Of a stretch of DNA of 32,000 nt, positions 13,287 through 23,176 are shown piece by piece. The stretch is taken from assembly GCF_000025945.1 (NCBI RefSeq), contig NC_006138.1:1260001-1292000 (forward strand). The letters run 5' to 3'. The notes below the pieces were generated by a model. That model did no database searches and had not been told where the DNA came from. It saw only the letters and a program-made list of their open reading frames with translations. Each line of letters begins with the position of its first letter. Position 1 is the first letter of the stretch. The translations under genes were made by a program, and so were the position numbers. Origin of the DNA: Desulfotalea psychrophila LSv54. GTDB lineage: Bacteria > Desulfobacterota > Desulfobulbia > Desulfobulbales > Desulfocapsaceae.

Positions 13287-13319
13287 TTGTTTAAGTAACA
13301 GGCTCGAATGGAGAGAATA

Positions 13320-13943
13320 ATGTCTACTGTAAGTGTAGTTAATACAAATAACGAAAAAGTCGACGAGATAGAATTGAACGACGCAATCTTTAACCGTGAA
13401 GTTAAAGAATATATTCTCCACGATGTTGTTCGCATGCAGAGAGCTGCAAAGCGTGCAGGAACTGCATCTACCAAGACTCGTGTCGAGGTACGTGGAGGTG
13501 GTGCAAAGCCATGGCGTCAGAAAGGAACTGGTCGTGCTCGTGCGGGATCCCGTACTTCTCCTTTGTGGAGAGGTGGTGGAGTTACATTTGGTCCTAAACC
13601 AAGAGATTATAGCTTCAAGCTTAACCGTAAGGTAAGGCAACAAGCTGTTTCTATGGCTTTGAGTGCTCGTTTTCAAGAGGGTAATCTTATCGTTCTTGAT
13701 AATTTTATCATGGACGCAATCAAGACCAAGGAATTCGCTAGTACAATGAAAACCCTTGAGCTTGCAAACGCCCTTATTGTAATGGACGATGCATCAGAGA
13801 ATCTCAGCAAGTCTTGTCGTAACGTTCATGGTTACAGAATCTTGCCTGCTGAAGGACTCAACGTATATGACATCTTGTTACACAAGAAAGTTGTATTGGT
13901 TAAGCCCGTAATCGAAAGCCTTGAGAAGAGGTTGATGGTATGA
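13320..13943 (+). CDS. rplD: 50S ribosomal protein L4
   Basis: RAGTASTKTRVEVRGGGAKPWRQKGTGRARAGSRTSPLWRGGG. ATG 13320 has GGAGAG upstream; track start 13308 overlaps that SD. Confidence 0.96.
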   Translation: MSTVSVVNTNNEKVDEIELNDAIFNREVKEYILHDVVRMQRAAKRAGTASTKTRVEVRGGGAKPWRQKGTGRARAGSRTSPLWRGGGVTFGPKPRDYSFKLNRKVRQQAVSMALSARFQEGNLIVLDNFIMDAIKTKEFASTMKTLELANALIVMDDASENLSKSCRNVHGYRILPAEGLNVYDILLHKKVVLVKPVIESLEKRLMV

Positions 13944-14227
13944 AAAATATATACGGCGTATTAAAGGGGCCTGTCCTCACTGAAAAAGCAGCCATACTTC
14001 AAGAGATTGATGGTCAGGTTGTCTTTAAAGTTCATCCTAAATCAAACAAGATAGAGATTAAAAGAGCTATCGAGTTGATGTTTGACGTTAAAGTCAAGGA
14101 TGTTAGAACTGCGAGTATGCGCGGTAAGGAAAAGCGTGTCGGTAAAACCGTTGGGCAGACTAAAGAGTGGAAGAAAGCCTACGTGTCACTTGCTGAAGGC
14201 GAAATTAACTTTACCGATGAGATTTAA
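13940..14227 (+). CDS. rplW: 50S ribosomal protein L23
   Basis: VLKGPVLTEKAAILQE...VVFKVHPKSNKIEIKRAIELMFDVKVKDVRT; ATGA overlap with rplD stop. Confidence 0.96.
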   Translation: MKNIYGVLKGPVLTEKAAILQEIDGQVVFKVHPKSNKIEIKRAIELMFDVKVKDVRTASMRGKEKRVGKTVGQTKEWKKAYVSLAEGEINFTDEI

Positions 14228-14299
14228 TTATCTGAGGACGTTAAACTTCTCGTATTTAGATTATATCTCATTTTCAATTGATGGAGCGATTGGGAAATC

Positions 14300-15121
14300 A
14301 TGGCTATAAAAACATATAAACCAACATCACCCGGAAAGCGTCATCAGGTTTCGATTAAGAATGCGAACCTGGCGAAAAAAGGTCCAGAGAAAAGCCTGGT
14401 AACCAGCCTGAGCAAGACCGGTGGACGAAATAATTACGGACGCATTACTTCACGTCACATCGGTGGCGGACATAAGCGAAAGTACAGAATTATCGATTTT
14501 AAAAGAAATAAGATGGATATCGATGCAAAAGTTGTTGCAATCGAGTATGATCCAAATCGTTCTGCCAATATTGCCCTTTTGAGCTATATTGACGGTGAGA
14601 AAAGATATATTCTTTCTCCAGAGGGCGTATCAGTTGGTGACAAAATTGTTGCCGGTGATAATGTTGATATTCAACCAGGTAACTGTTTGCCATTGGCAAA
14701 TATCCCACTGGGTACGATTATCCATAACATTGAGATGAAAATTGGTAAAGGCGCACAGATCGTTCGTAGTGCCGGTACCTCAGCTCAACTTATGGCTAAA
14801 GAAGGTGACTACGTTCTCGTAAGACTTCCTTCCGGCGAGGTACGCAAGTTCCATAGACTTTGTCGTGCATGTGTTGGACAGGTAGGTAATCGTGAGTACG
14901 AGAGTCAAAAGCTTGGAAAAGCGGGTCGTTCTCGTTGGCTTGGTAAGCGACCTCACGTACGTGGTGTTGCGATGAACCCAGTTGATCACCCTATGGGTGG
15001 TGGTGAAGGTAAGAGTTCTGGTGGTCGTCATCCATGTACTCCATGGGGTATGCCAACCAAAGGTTACAAGACTCGTACGAATAAGTCTTCTGACAAGTAT
15101 ATCGTTAAGAAGAGATCATAA
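14300..15121 (+). CDS. rplB: 50S ribosomal protein L2
   Basis: [14 protein letters not shown]...; [29 protein letters not shown]. Confidence 0.99.
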
Positions 15122-15138
15122 CATACAAGGAGTAAAGT

Positions 15139-15414
15139 ATGTCGCGTTCAATTAAGAAGGGTCCTTTTATTGATGATCATCTTCAAAAGAAGGTTGACCA
15201 ATCTCTTGAGAGTGGTTCCCGTAAGGTCATCAAAACTTGGTCTAGAAGATCTGATATTAGCCCAGAGATGGTTGGATTGACCTTCGCTGTACATAATGGA
15301 AAGAAATTCATTCCTGTTTTTGTTTCAGAGAATATGGTAGGACATAAGCTTGGAGAGTTTTCTCCAACCCGTACCTATTATGGACACTCTGCAGATAAGA
15401 AAGGTAAGAGATAA
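15139..15414 (+). CDS. rpsS: 30S ribosomal protein S19
   Basis: [21 protein letters not shown]...[50 protein letters not shown]. Confidence 0.99.
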   Translation: MSRSIKKGPFIDDHLQKKVDQSLESGSRKVIKTWSRRSDISPEMVGLTFAVHNGKKFIPVFVSENMVGHKLGEFSPTRTYYGHSADKKGKR

Positions 15415-15465
15415 TTAAAGAACGGAATTTTCGTTATAACTGGACTCAGTTAGGAGTACAAAACT

Positions 15466-15798
15466 ATGGAAGCACGAGCCGTAGGGAAATATATTAGAAT
15501 TTCCCCTCAGAAGGCACGACTTGTCGCAGATGTAGTGAGAGGTATGGGCGTTGACCAAGCTATCACTACATTGAGATTTATGCCTAAAAAGGGCGCAGTA
15601 ATATTGCAGAAAGTTATTGAGTCCGCGCTTGCAAATGCAACTCAAGACGATCAGGCAGACGTTGATAATCTATACGTGAAAGTAATAACGATTGATGGTG
15701 GTCCGTCACTGAAACGTATCAGACCTCGAGCAATGGGCCGGGCAACCGGGATTATTAAAAGGACTAGTCATATCACTGTTGTTTTAGACGAAAATTAA
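15466..15798 (+). CDS. rplV: 50S ribosomal protein L22
   Basis: MEARAVGKYIRISPQKARLVADVVRGMGVDQAITTL...RPRAMGRATGIIKRTSHITVVL. Confidence 0.98.
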   Translation: MEARAVGKYIRISPQKARLVADVVRGMGVDQAITTLRFMPKKGAVILQKVIESALANATQDDQADVDNLYVKVITIDGGPSLKRIRPRAMGRATGIIKRTSHITVVLDEN

Positions 15799-15864
15799 TT
15801 TTTTTATCAGTGATAGAACTACCAAGTAATATTACTCAAATATAATATTTGTTGGAGGTTTGTT

Positions 15865-16518
15865 TTGGGCCAGAAGGTTAACCCGTTAGGGATTAGACTG
15901 AATATCACCCGTACTTGGGATTCGGTTTGGTACGCAGACAAAGATTATTCTACTTTCCTCATTGAGGATCAGAAGATTCGTAAGTTTCTCAAGAAACGAT
16001 TGAGTCATGCTGGTCTTTCTAGTGTAAAGATAGAACGAACTGGAGAGCAGGTTCGCATTAAGCTGTTTACAGCGCGACCTGGAATCGTTATTGGTAAGAA
16101 AGGCGCAGAAATTGAGATCCTCAAGCGTGAGCTTGAGAAACTTGTTTCTCGCAAAGTAACTCTTGATATTCAAGAGGTACGTAGACCAGAGGCAGATGCC
16201 CAACTGGTTGCCGATAATATCGCTCAACAACTTGCTCGACGTGTTGCTTTTCGTCGTGCGATGAAAAAAGCTGTAAGCTCTGCATTGCGTTTTGGTGTTC
16301 AGGGTATTAAGATTGCTTGCTCTGGACGTCTTGGTGGTGCTGAGATGTCAAGATGTGAGTGGGTTCGTGAAGGTCGCGTTCCTCTGCACACATTACGTGC
16401 AGATGTTGACTACGCTCTTTCTGAGTCGCACACCACCTACGGTATCATCGGTGTGAAGGTTTGGATTTTCAAGGGTGAAGTTTTAAGCGATAAGGACAAG
16501 GGTGCTGTTGCTCAGTGA
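15865..16518 (+). CDS. rpsC: 30S ribosomal protein S3
   Basis: TTG start with GGAGG upstream; [63 protein letters not shown]. Confidence 0.98.
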   Translation: MGQKVNPLGIRLNITRTWDSVWYADKDYSTFLIEDQKIRKFLKKRLSHAGLSSVKIERTGEQVRIKLFTARPGIVIGKKGAEIEILKRELEKLVSRKVTLDIQEVRRPEADAQLVADNIAQQLARRVAFRRAMKKAVSSALRFGVQGIKIACSGRLGGAEMSRCEWVREGRVPLHTLRADVDYALSESHTTYGIIGVKVWIFKGEVLSDKDKGAVAQ

Positions 16519-16561
16519 TTTTTTACTGAGTTGCCTTTCTTATAAACGACTGGAGTAAAAG

Positions 16562-16978
16562 ATGTTAAGTCCTAAAAAAGTAAAGCATAGGAAGGTGTTT
16601 AAAGGCCGTATGAGAGGAGCTGCTCATCGTGGTTCTTCTCTTGCCTTTGGTGACTATGCCTTGAAAGCGCTGAGTTGTGGAACGATGACTGCTCGGCAGA
16701 TTGAGGCGGCACGTATTACAATTAACAGAACCATGAAGCGTGGCGGACAGGTTTGGATTCGGGTATTCCCGGACAAGCCTCTCACTAAAAAGCCTGCTGA
16801 AACAAGAATGGGTAAAGGTAAAGGTAGTCCAGAGTCTTGGGTTGCTATTGTTAAGCCAGGTAGACTTTTGTATGAAGTCGCTGGTGTAAGTGAAGATGTG
16901 GCTATTAAGGCCTTATCGCTTGCGAGCAATAAACTTCCTTTCCCATGCAAAGTTGTTACAAGGAGGACTACTTTATGA
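16562..16978 (+). CDS. rplP: 50S ribosomal protein L16
   Basis: [37 protein letters not shown]...[28 protein letters not shown]. Confidence 0.98.
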
Positions 16979-17166
16979 AAATGATGGAAATTCGTAAAAT
17001 GTCCAAAGAAGAGATGGAAGCTAAGATGAAAGATCTTAGGGAAGAGTTGGGAAATCTTGTATTTCAACACAAGATTCGCCCACTTGAAGACACCTCGAAA
17101 TTGAAGAAAATTAGAAAAGATATCGCGAGAATTGAAACCATAGCATCAGAGACTACAGCTGCATAG
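16975..17166 (+). CDS. rpmC: 50S ribosomal protein L29
   Basis: [56 protein letters not shown]; ATGA overlap with rplP, AGGAGG upstream. Track start 16945 lies inside rplP. Confidence 0.94.
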
Positions 17167-17232
17167 CCTGTCGTCATTCATGTTTAACTTTATGGTACGA
17201 TTCAGCACAACAACATCACGATTGATTACATT

Positions 17233-17493
17233 ATGAGTGAAAATAACACATCAAGAAAGACAAGAACTGGTTCTGTCGTAAGTGACCGGATGGAAAAAAG
17301 TGTTGTTGTCCGGGTTGAGAGAAAGGTCCGTCATAAGCTTTACGGTAAATTTATGAAGACCAGCGTAAAGTATCTGGCAGATGACCCTGAAAACCAATGC
17401 AACATCGGTGACGTTGTTCTTATAGAAGAATGTCGTCCTTTGAGTAAAAGGAAAAGATGGCGCGTGAAAACAATACTTGAGCAAGCTGTTTAA
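17233..17493 (+). CDS. rpsQ: 30S ribosomal protein S17
   Basis: TRTGSVVSDRMEKSVVVRVERKVRHKLYGKFMKTSVKYLADDPENQCNIGDVVLIEECRPLSKRKRWRV. Confidence 0.97.
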   Translation: MSENNTSRKTRTGSVVSDRMEKSVVVRVERKVRHKLYGKFMKTSVKYLADDPENQCNIGDVVLIEECRPLSKRKRWRVKTILEQAV

Positions 17494-17552
17494 TTTAAAA
17501 GATATTGAGCAATGAGCTTTGATAGATATTTTAATAGATATCAGGTGACAAA

Positions 17553-17921
17553 ATGATTCAAACAGAGACAGTCCTCAATGTGGCTGACAACTCTGGTGCC
17601 AAGAAGGTTTTGTGTATTAGAGTTCTCGGTGGTAGCAGAAAGCGCTACGCCAGCATTGGTGACGTAATTGTTGTAACAGTAAAAGAAGCTATCCCGCACG
17701 CAAAGGTAAAAAAAGGCGACGTAATGAAAGCTGTTGTCGTTCGAACTGCCAAAGAGAATCGTCGTCCAGATGATACTTGGGTGAAGTTTGACGAGAACGC
17801 AGCTGTTATGTTAGGTGCCTCTGGTGAGCCTGTTGGCACACGTATTTTTGGACCTGTTGCCCGCGAATTGCGTAACCAGGGATTTATGAAGATTATATCT
17901 CTTGCGCCAGAAGTACTCTAA
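17553..17921 (+). CDS. rplN: 50S ribosomal protein L14
   Basis: [65 protein letters not shown]. Confidence 0.99.
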   Translation: MIQTETVLNVADNSGAKKVLCIRVLGGSRKRYASIGDVIVVTVKEAIPHAKVKKGDVMKAVVVRTAKENRRPDDTWVKFDENAAVMLGASGEPVGTRIFGPVARELRNQGFMKIISLAPEVL

Positions 17922-17972
17922 TCATTGGTTCTTCTCGCGAACAAGATACATCGATTAAGAAAAGGTTTAAAA

Positions 17973-18308
17973 ATGAGACAGGGTAGAACATACCTGAAAA
18001 CAAATGATCAGGTAGAAGTGATTGCTGGCAAAGACAAAGGTCGCGTCGGTAAAGTTCTCAGAGTGCTTGTGGATAAAGATAAGGCTGTTGTTGAGCGTGC
18101 AAATATGATCAAACGCCACACAAAAGCAACTGAGATGAATCAACAGGGTCAGATTGTTGAAAAGGAAGCACCTATTCATGTATCCAATCTTCAACTTATC
18201 TGCCCAGAATGTACCAAGACTGGCCGTGTAGGTAAGAAGGTACTTGAAGATGGCACAAAGGTACGTTACTGCAAGAGCTGCGGTGAGTCCGTTGAGAGCA
18301 AATCATAA
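17973..18308 (+). CDS. rplX: 50S ribosomal protein L24 (with C-X2-C ... C-X2-C)
   Basis: [49 protein letters not shown]...[29 protein letters not shown]. Start moved in from 17925 by homology. Confidence 0.95.
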
Positions 18309-18336
18309 GGAGGCGGCTTAAAGCCCGAGGTTTACT

Positions 18337-18876
18337 ATGAGTGCGCTGAAAGAATATTATACCAATGAGTGTGTGCCTGCACTGAAGGACCAGTTGGGAT
18401 ACACCAATCCAATGCAAATCCCTAAAATTGAGAAGATTGTTCTCAATATGGGACTTGGAGAGGCTGTTCAAAACCCAAAGATCGTTGAAGGTGCTGCTGA
18501 AGAATTAACCAAGATTGCAGGCCAACGTGCGGTTGTAACAAAGGCTAAAAAATCTATTGCGACATTTAAGCTTAGAGAAGGTATGCCAATCGGTTGTCGT
18601 GTAACTTTACGCGGCGAGAAGATGTATGACTTCTTGAGCAAACTTGTTAACATCGCTCTTCCCCGAGTACGCGATTTTCGTGGCGTTTCTCCAAAGGGCT
18701 TTGATGGACGAGGAAATTACTCAATGGGTATTCAGGAACAAATTATTTTTCCTGAAATTGATTACGACAAGATTGATAAAATTAAAGGGTTTAACATTAC
18801 CATCGTAACTTCTGCAAAAACCAACGACGAAGGTCGTTCGCTTTTGCGTTTGATGGGAATGCCTTTTAAGAAATAG
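18337..18876 (+). CDS. rplE: 50S ribosomal protein L5
   Basis: [21 protein letters not shown]...[74 protein letters not shown]. Confidence 0.99.
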   Translation: MSALKEYYTNECVPALKDQLGYTNPMQIPKIEKIVLNMGLGEAVQNPKIVEGAAEELTKIAGQRAVVTKAKKSIATFKLREGMPIGCRVTLRGEKMYDFLSKLVNIALPRVRDFRGVSPKGFDGRGNYSMGIQEQIIFPEIDYDKIDKIKGFNITIVTSAKTNDEGRSLLRLMGMPFKK

Positions 18877-18920
18877 ATTATTAGTTTAGTTATTTTAAAA
18901 TAGAGAAATCGGAGGTCGTT

Positions 18921-19106
18921 TTGGCTAAGAAATCCATTATCGCAAAGGCAAAGCGTAAACAAAAGTTTGCCGTGCGAGAATACAATAGATGTCCACTCTG
19001 TGGTCGTCCGCGTGCATTTATCAGAAAGTTTGGTATCTGCCGAATTTGTTTTCGTAAGTTGGCATCCAGCGGTGAGGTCACAGGTGTAACTAAATCCAGC
19101 TGGTAG
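18921..19106 (+). CDS. rpsN: 30S ribosomal protein S14 type Z (four-cysteine zinc form)
   Basis: TTG start after ggagg; [61 protein letters not shown]. Confidence 0.97.
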   Translation: MAKKSIIAKAKRKQKFAVREYNRCPLCGRPRAFIRKFGICRICFRKLASSGEVTGVTKSSW

Positions 19107-19163
19107 GGATTTCTGTTATCTCTGTTTGATTCTGTCAATTATTGGACATAAGGAGTGTTCGCT

Positions 19164-19564
19164 ATGTCGATGAGCGATCCCCTGGCAGATATGCTGACCA
19201 GGATACGTAATGCTGTTATGGTAAAATTTGATACCGTAGAAATGCCATCATCTACCATGAAAGTAAGTGTTGCGAAAGTATTGAAGGACGAAGGGTATAT
19301 TACTGACTATCAAATTAAAGAAGACGGAGTTCAAAATACTCTTTCTATTAATTTGAAGTACGGCCCAGATGGTGAAGCGGTTATTACCGAGTATTAAGCA
19401 GTGTCAGCAAGCCTGGCCTCCGCAAATATGCTAAAGCTTCCGATGTGCCAACAGTTCTTAACGGACTTGGAGTTGCTGTTATTTCAACATCTAAAGGTGT
19501 TGTTTCTAATAAGACAGCTAGAGATCTTAATGCAGGTGGGGAGATAATCTGCGAGGTTTGGTAA
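19164..19564 (+). pseudogene. rpsH: 30S ribosomal protein S8, reading frame disrupted as written (probable sequence error)
   Basis: Start [30 protein letters not shown] with SD aaggag; stops at 19395-19397 (GEAVITEY*). Homology resumes in another frame ([53 protein letters not shown]) to 19564. Confidence 0.93.
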
Positions 19565-19585
19565 CCCGTAGGTGAGGAGGTAAGT

Positions 19586-20131
19586 ATGTCTCGTATTGGA
19601 AAACAACCAATTGCCGTTCCTGCCGGAGTAAAAGTTGATCTCAACGGACAGCATATTACTATTACCGGGAAAAAAGGAACTCTTGAGCGCGATATCATTA
19701 CTGAGATCGAGGCTCACGTAGAGGACAATGGTATCAGTGTGCCCAATCCCCTTTAGGACCACAGACGTGTTAACGCTTTTAGAGGACTGACTCGTAGTCT
19801 TATCAACAACATGGTTATTGGTGTTGATGAGGGCTTCAAGAAAGTTCTTCTTATAGAAGGTGTTGGTTATAAGGCAAACCTTGAGGGTTCTAAAAAACTC
19901 GTTATCAATGTTGGCTATTCTAACCCTGTTGAGTATAAATTGCCTGAAAACGTACAAGCTGTTGTTGAAGGTAACACCAAGATCACTGTTGAGTCTATCG
20001 ACAAAGAGCTTCTTGGTCTTGTTGCTGCGCAGATTCGTCAGATTCGTAAGCCTGAGCCGTATAAGGGTAAAGGAATTCGTTACGAAAATGAGCAGATCGT
20101 ACGTAAAGTTGGTAAGGCAGGATCTAAATAA
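19586..20131 (+). pseudogene. rplF: 50S ribosomal protein L6, interrupted by in-frame TAG at 19754-19756 (probable sequence error)
   Basis: [100 protein letters not shown]...RKPEPYKGKGIRYENEQIVRKVGKAGSK; both halves in the same frame. Confidence 0.93.
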
Positions 20132-20180
20132 TTAATTTTGTAACGCTATTGGCGGTACAAAAATTTAAAATGGATAAGAC

Positions 20181-20546
20181 ATGGCTAAGACAAATCTTAA
20201 AACGCTTGCGCGGGCCAAAAGAATAAGCCGAATTCGTAAGAAAATCTCAGGAACATCTGAGCGCCCGCGTCTTCGTGTTTTTAAAAGTAACAAGCATATT
20301 TATGCGCAAATTATTGATGATGCCTCAGGCAAGAGCCTTGTTGCGATGTCTACTGTAGACAAGCAATTTGATCTAGGTGACGAGTCAGGCAAAACAGCTG
20401 CAGCTAAGAAAGTGGGTGTTGTTCTCGCAGAACGAGCAACCGCAGCTGGCATCAAAAAGGTGATCTTTGATCGTGGTGGTTATATTTACCACGGCCGAGT
20501 AAAATCCCTCTCCGAAGGTGCTCGGGAAGGTGGACTCGATTTCTAA
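20181..20546 (+). CDS. rplR: 50S ribosomal protein L18
   Basis: [45 protein letters not shown]...[26 protein letters not shown]. Confidence 0.98.
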   Translation: MAKTNLKTLARAKRISRIRKKISGTSERPRLRVFKSNKHIYAQIIDDASGKSLVAMSTVDKQFDLGDESGKTAAAKKVGVVLAERATAAGIKKVIFDRGGYIYHGRVKSLSEGAREGGLDF

Positions 20547-20570
20547 TGATTTTAATAGTGGGGGTGTCCC

Positions 20571-21086
20571 TTGTCTGATTTTAAGCGTTCTAAGGCAAAT
20601 AATAATACCGAAGAGCTTATTGAAAAAATAGTTTTTATCAACAGGGTTGCTAAGGTTGTAAAGGGTGGTCGACGTTTTAGCTTTAGTGCAATCGTTGTTG
20701 TTGGCGATGGCAATGGCAAAGTCGGGTATGGACTTGGTAAAGCTAATCAGGTTCCAGAAGCAATTCGTAAAGGTGTAGAGAGAGCTAGGAAGGATATGGC
20801 TCTCGTATCTTTGACCGATGTTTCCATCCCTCATCAAGTTATAGGACACTATGGAGCAGGTCGAGTATTCTTAAGACCCGCATCTGCAGGTACTGGTTTG
20901 ATTGCAGGTGGTCCTGTTCGTGCTGTCCTTGAAGCAGCTGGTGTTAGTAATATTCTAACCAAATGTCTCGGATCTCATAATCCGCACAATATGGTTAAGG
21001 CTACCATTGATGGCCTTAAGCAACTTCGTTCCGCACAGAAAATTGCTGAACTTCGTGGAAAGAATGTTGAAGAAATTACTGCGTAA
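20571..21086 (+). CDS. rpsE: 30S ribosomal protein S5
   Basis: TTG start; [53 protein letters not shown]...[19 protein letters not shown]. Confidence 0.98.
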   Translation: MSDFKRSKANNNTEELIEKIVFINRVAKVVKGGRRFSFSAIVVVGDGNGKVGYGLGKANQVPEAIRKGVERARKDMALVSLTDVSIPHQVIGHYGAGRVFLRPASAGTGLIAGGPVRAVLEAAGVSNILTKCLGSHNPHNMVKATIDGLKQLRSAQKIAELRGKNVEEITA

Positions 21087-21140
21087 TAACATTTTAGAGT
21101 GTAATTACAAACCATTAAATTTAAAAATACAGGTAGTCAA

Positions 21141-21323
21141 ATGACCGAGACAATAACATTTACTCTGGTCAAAAGTGGGATCGGAAGTACTGATAAGATC
21201 CGTGCCACATTGACCGGTCTGGGGCTAACCAAACTAAACAAGACTGTAACAAGAAAAGACACTCCAGAAATTCGCGGAATGCTGAATAAAGTGAAACATC
21301 TTGTTCGTATAGATGAGGCGTAA
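21141..21323 (+). CDS. rpmD: 50S ribosomal protein L30
   Basis: ITFTLVKSGIGSTDKIRATLTGLGLTKLNKTVTRKDTPEIRGMLNKVKHLVRI. Confidence 0.96.
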   Translation: MTETITFTLVKSGIGSTDKIRATLTGLGLTKLNKTVTRKDTPEIRGMLNKVKHLVRIDEA

Positions 21324-21324
21324 T

Positions 21325-21783
21325 ATGTTAACGTTAGGCAATCTTTCACCACAAGAGGGATCTACCAAGCAGCGTAAGCGTTTGGGTAGAGGACCTGGAT
21401 CCGGTCATGGCAAAACTGCTGGCCGTGGTCATAAGGGTTTTAAGTCCCGTTCTGGCTCTGGTATTAAGCCGGGCTTCGAAGGCGGTCAAATGCCTTTGCA
21501 GCGCAGACTTCCTAAGCGCGGTTTTACCAACATTTTCAAGAAAGAATTTTCTCTTGTTGCCCTGTCCCAGTTGGACAAGTTTGAGGCTGGTGTAGTAGTA
21601 AGCCCCGCTGAGCTTGTTGAAGCAGGAATGGTAAAAAAAGGAACTTTGATCAAGATACTTGCTAACGGTGAGATCACCAAGGCAGTAACTGTTAAAGTTG
21701 ATAAGATCAGTTCTCAAGCTAAGGCTCAAATTGAGGCTGCAGGTGGTACCGTAGTTTTAACTGAGGTTACCGCTGCTGAGTAA
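21325..21783 (+). CDS. rplO: 50S ribosomal protein L15
   Basis: MLTLGNLSPQEGSTKQRKRLGRGPGSGHGKTAGRGHKGFKSRSGSGIKPGFEGGQMPLQRRLPKRGF; ATG 21325 directly follows rpmD stop. Confidence 0.97.
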   Translation: MLTLGNLSPQEGSTKQRKRLGRGPGSGHGKTAGRGHKGFKSRSGSGIKPGFEGGQMPLQRRLPKRGFTNIFKKEFSLVALSQLDKFEAGVVVSPAELVEAGMVKKGTLIKILANGEITKAVTVKVDKISSQAKAQIEAAGGTVVLTEVTAAE

Positions 21784-21810
21784 TAACTGATTGTTGCCGA
21801 AATATACAAG

Positions 21811-21840
21811 AGATCAAAGGCATTATTGCTTTGATCTTTT
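21811..21840 (+). promoter_or_regulatory. Hairpin with short T tail between rplO and secY
   Basis: AGATCAAAG (21811-21819) / CTTTGATCT (21829-21837) then TTT; immediately upstream of secY. Confidence 0.6.
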
Positions 21841-21867
21841 GTGCTGTCTGAGATAGGAAGAGAGATA

Positions 21868-23172
21868 ATGAGTGGACTTCAGCAGGCTACGAATATACCC
21901 GAGTTGCGTAAGCGTATTATTTTCACGCTTATGATGCTTGCAGTATACAGGATGGGCGTTCAGATACCTACCCCAGGTATCAATGGAGAGGCTTTAGCGG
22001 GCTTTTTTGCACAGAACGCCAGTACGCTTTTTGGCATGTTTAACATGTTCTCTGGTGGAGCACTTGAGAATTTCTCGATCTTTGCTTTAGGTATTATGCC
22101 TTACATTAGTGCTTCTATCATCATTCAACTTTTGACAGTTGTTATTCCAAAACTTGAGGCATTGAAGAAAGAGGGCGAAGCTGGGCAGAGAAAGATTACC
22201 CAGTATACCCGATATGGTACTGTTCTTTTAAGTGTCATTCAGGGAAGCTTTATTGCTAAAGGGCTTGGCAGTATGGTCGGTCCAGGTGGAGAGGCTATTG
22301 TCCTCAATCCTGGTCTTCATTTTACTTTGATGACCATGCTTACTTTGACGGCAGGAACGGCCTTTATTATGTGGCTCGGTGAGCAGATGACCGAGCGCGG
22401 TATAGGCAACGGTATTTCATTAATAATTTTTGCAGGTATTGTGGCTCGGGGACCTGCTGCAATTGCAAACTCGATTCAGCTTATTCAAGCTGGAGAAATT
22501 GCATTGTTCTTTGTTCCTGTTCTACTGATTTTTATGTTTGCCATTGTGGCAGTAATTGTATTTTTTGAGACATCTCAGAGAAAAATTCCTATTCAGTATG
22601 CCAAACGAGTTGTTGGGCGTAAGGTATATGGGGGACAAAGTTCTCATTTGCCACTTAAAATTAATGTTGCTGGTGTTATTCCACCAATTTTTGCCTCATC
22701 AATCATGATGTTTCCTGCTACTATTGGAAGCTTTATTCAAATTGATTGGGTGCAAAGGGTATCTGCGGCAATGTCGCCTGGTACCGTTTTTTACTACATT
22801 TGTTATGTGGCGATGATTGTGTTCTTTTGTTTCTTTTATGCTGCCGTGACCTTCAAGCCTGATGATGTGGCAGAAAATTTAAAAAAGAACGGTGGTTTTA
22901 TCCCAGGGATCCGACCTGGAAAACGTACAGCCCTGTTTATTGATAAGGTACTAACTCGTTTGACTGTAGTTGGTGCTGTCTATCTTAGTGTGGTTTGTGT
23001 CTTGCCGACAATTTTGATATCGCAGTTTAATATTCCATTTTTCTTTGGTGGAACTGCTCTTCTTATTGTTGTAGGCGTTAGTATTGATACCATATCACAG
23101 GTAGAGTCTCATCTTCATATGAGAAATTATGAAGGTTTCATGAAACAAGGTCGTATTCGAGGAAGGAAATAA
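21868..23172 (+). CDS. secY: Preprotein translocase subunit SecY
   Basis: MSGLQQATNIPELRKRIIFTLMMLAVYRMGVQIPTPGI...QIPTPG, GIGNGISLIIFAGI, hydrophobic segments; aggaagagag SD before ATG 21868. Confidence 0.97.
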   Translation: MSGLQQATNIPELRKRIIFTLMMLAVYRMGVQIPTPGINGEALAGFFAQNASTLFGMFNMFSGGALENFSIFALGIMPYISASIIIQLLTVVIPKLEALKKEGEAGQRKITQYTRYGTVLLSVIQGSFIAKGLGSMVGPGGEAIVLNPGLHFTLMTMLTLTAGTAFIMWLGEQMTERGIGNGISLIIFAGIVARGPAAIANSIQLIQAGEIALFFVPVLLIFMFAIVAVIVFFETSQRKIPIQYAKRVVGRKVYGGQSSHLPLKINVAGVIPPIFASSIMMFPATIGSFIQIDWVQRVSAAMSPGTVFYYICYVAMIVFFCFFYAAVTFKPDDVAENLKKNGGFIPGIRPGKRTALFIDKVLTRLTVVGAVYLSVVCVLPTILISQFNIPFFFGGTALLIVVGVSIDTISQVESHLHMRNYEGFMKQGRIRGRK

Positions 23173-23176
23173 AAAG

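Noticed and set aside
19484-19957. 157-aa minus-strand ORF across rpsH/rplF as an alternative explanation for the broken frames
   Set aside because: No recognisable family, while both plus-strand genes are clearly identifiable on either side of the lesions.
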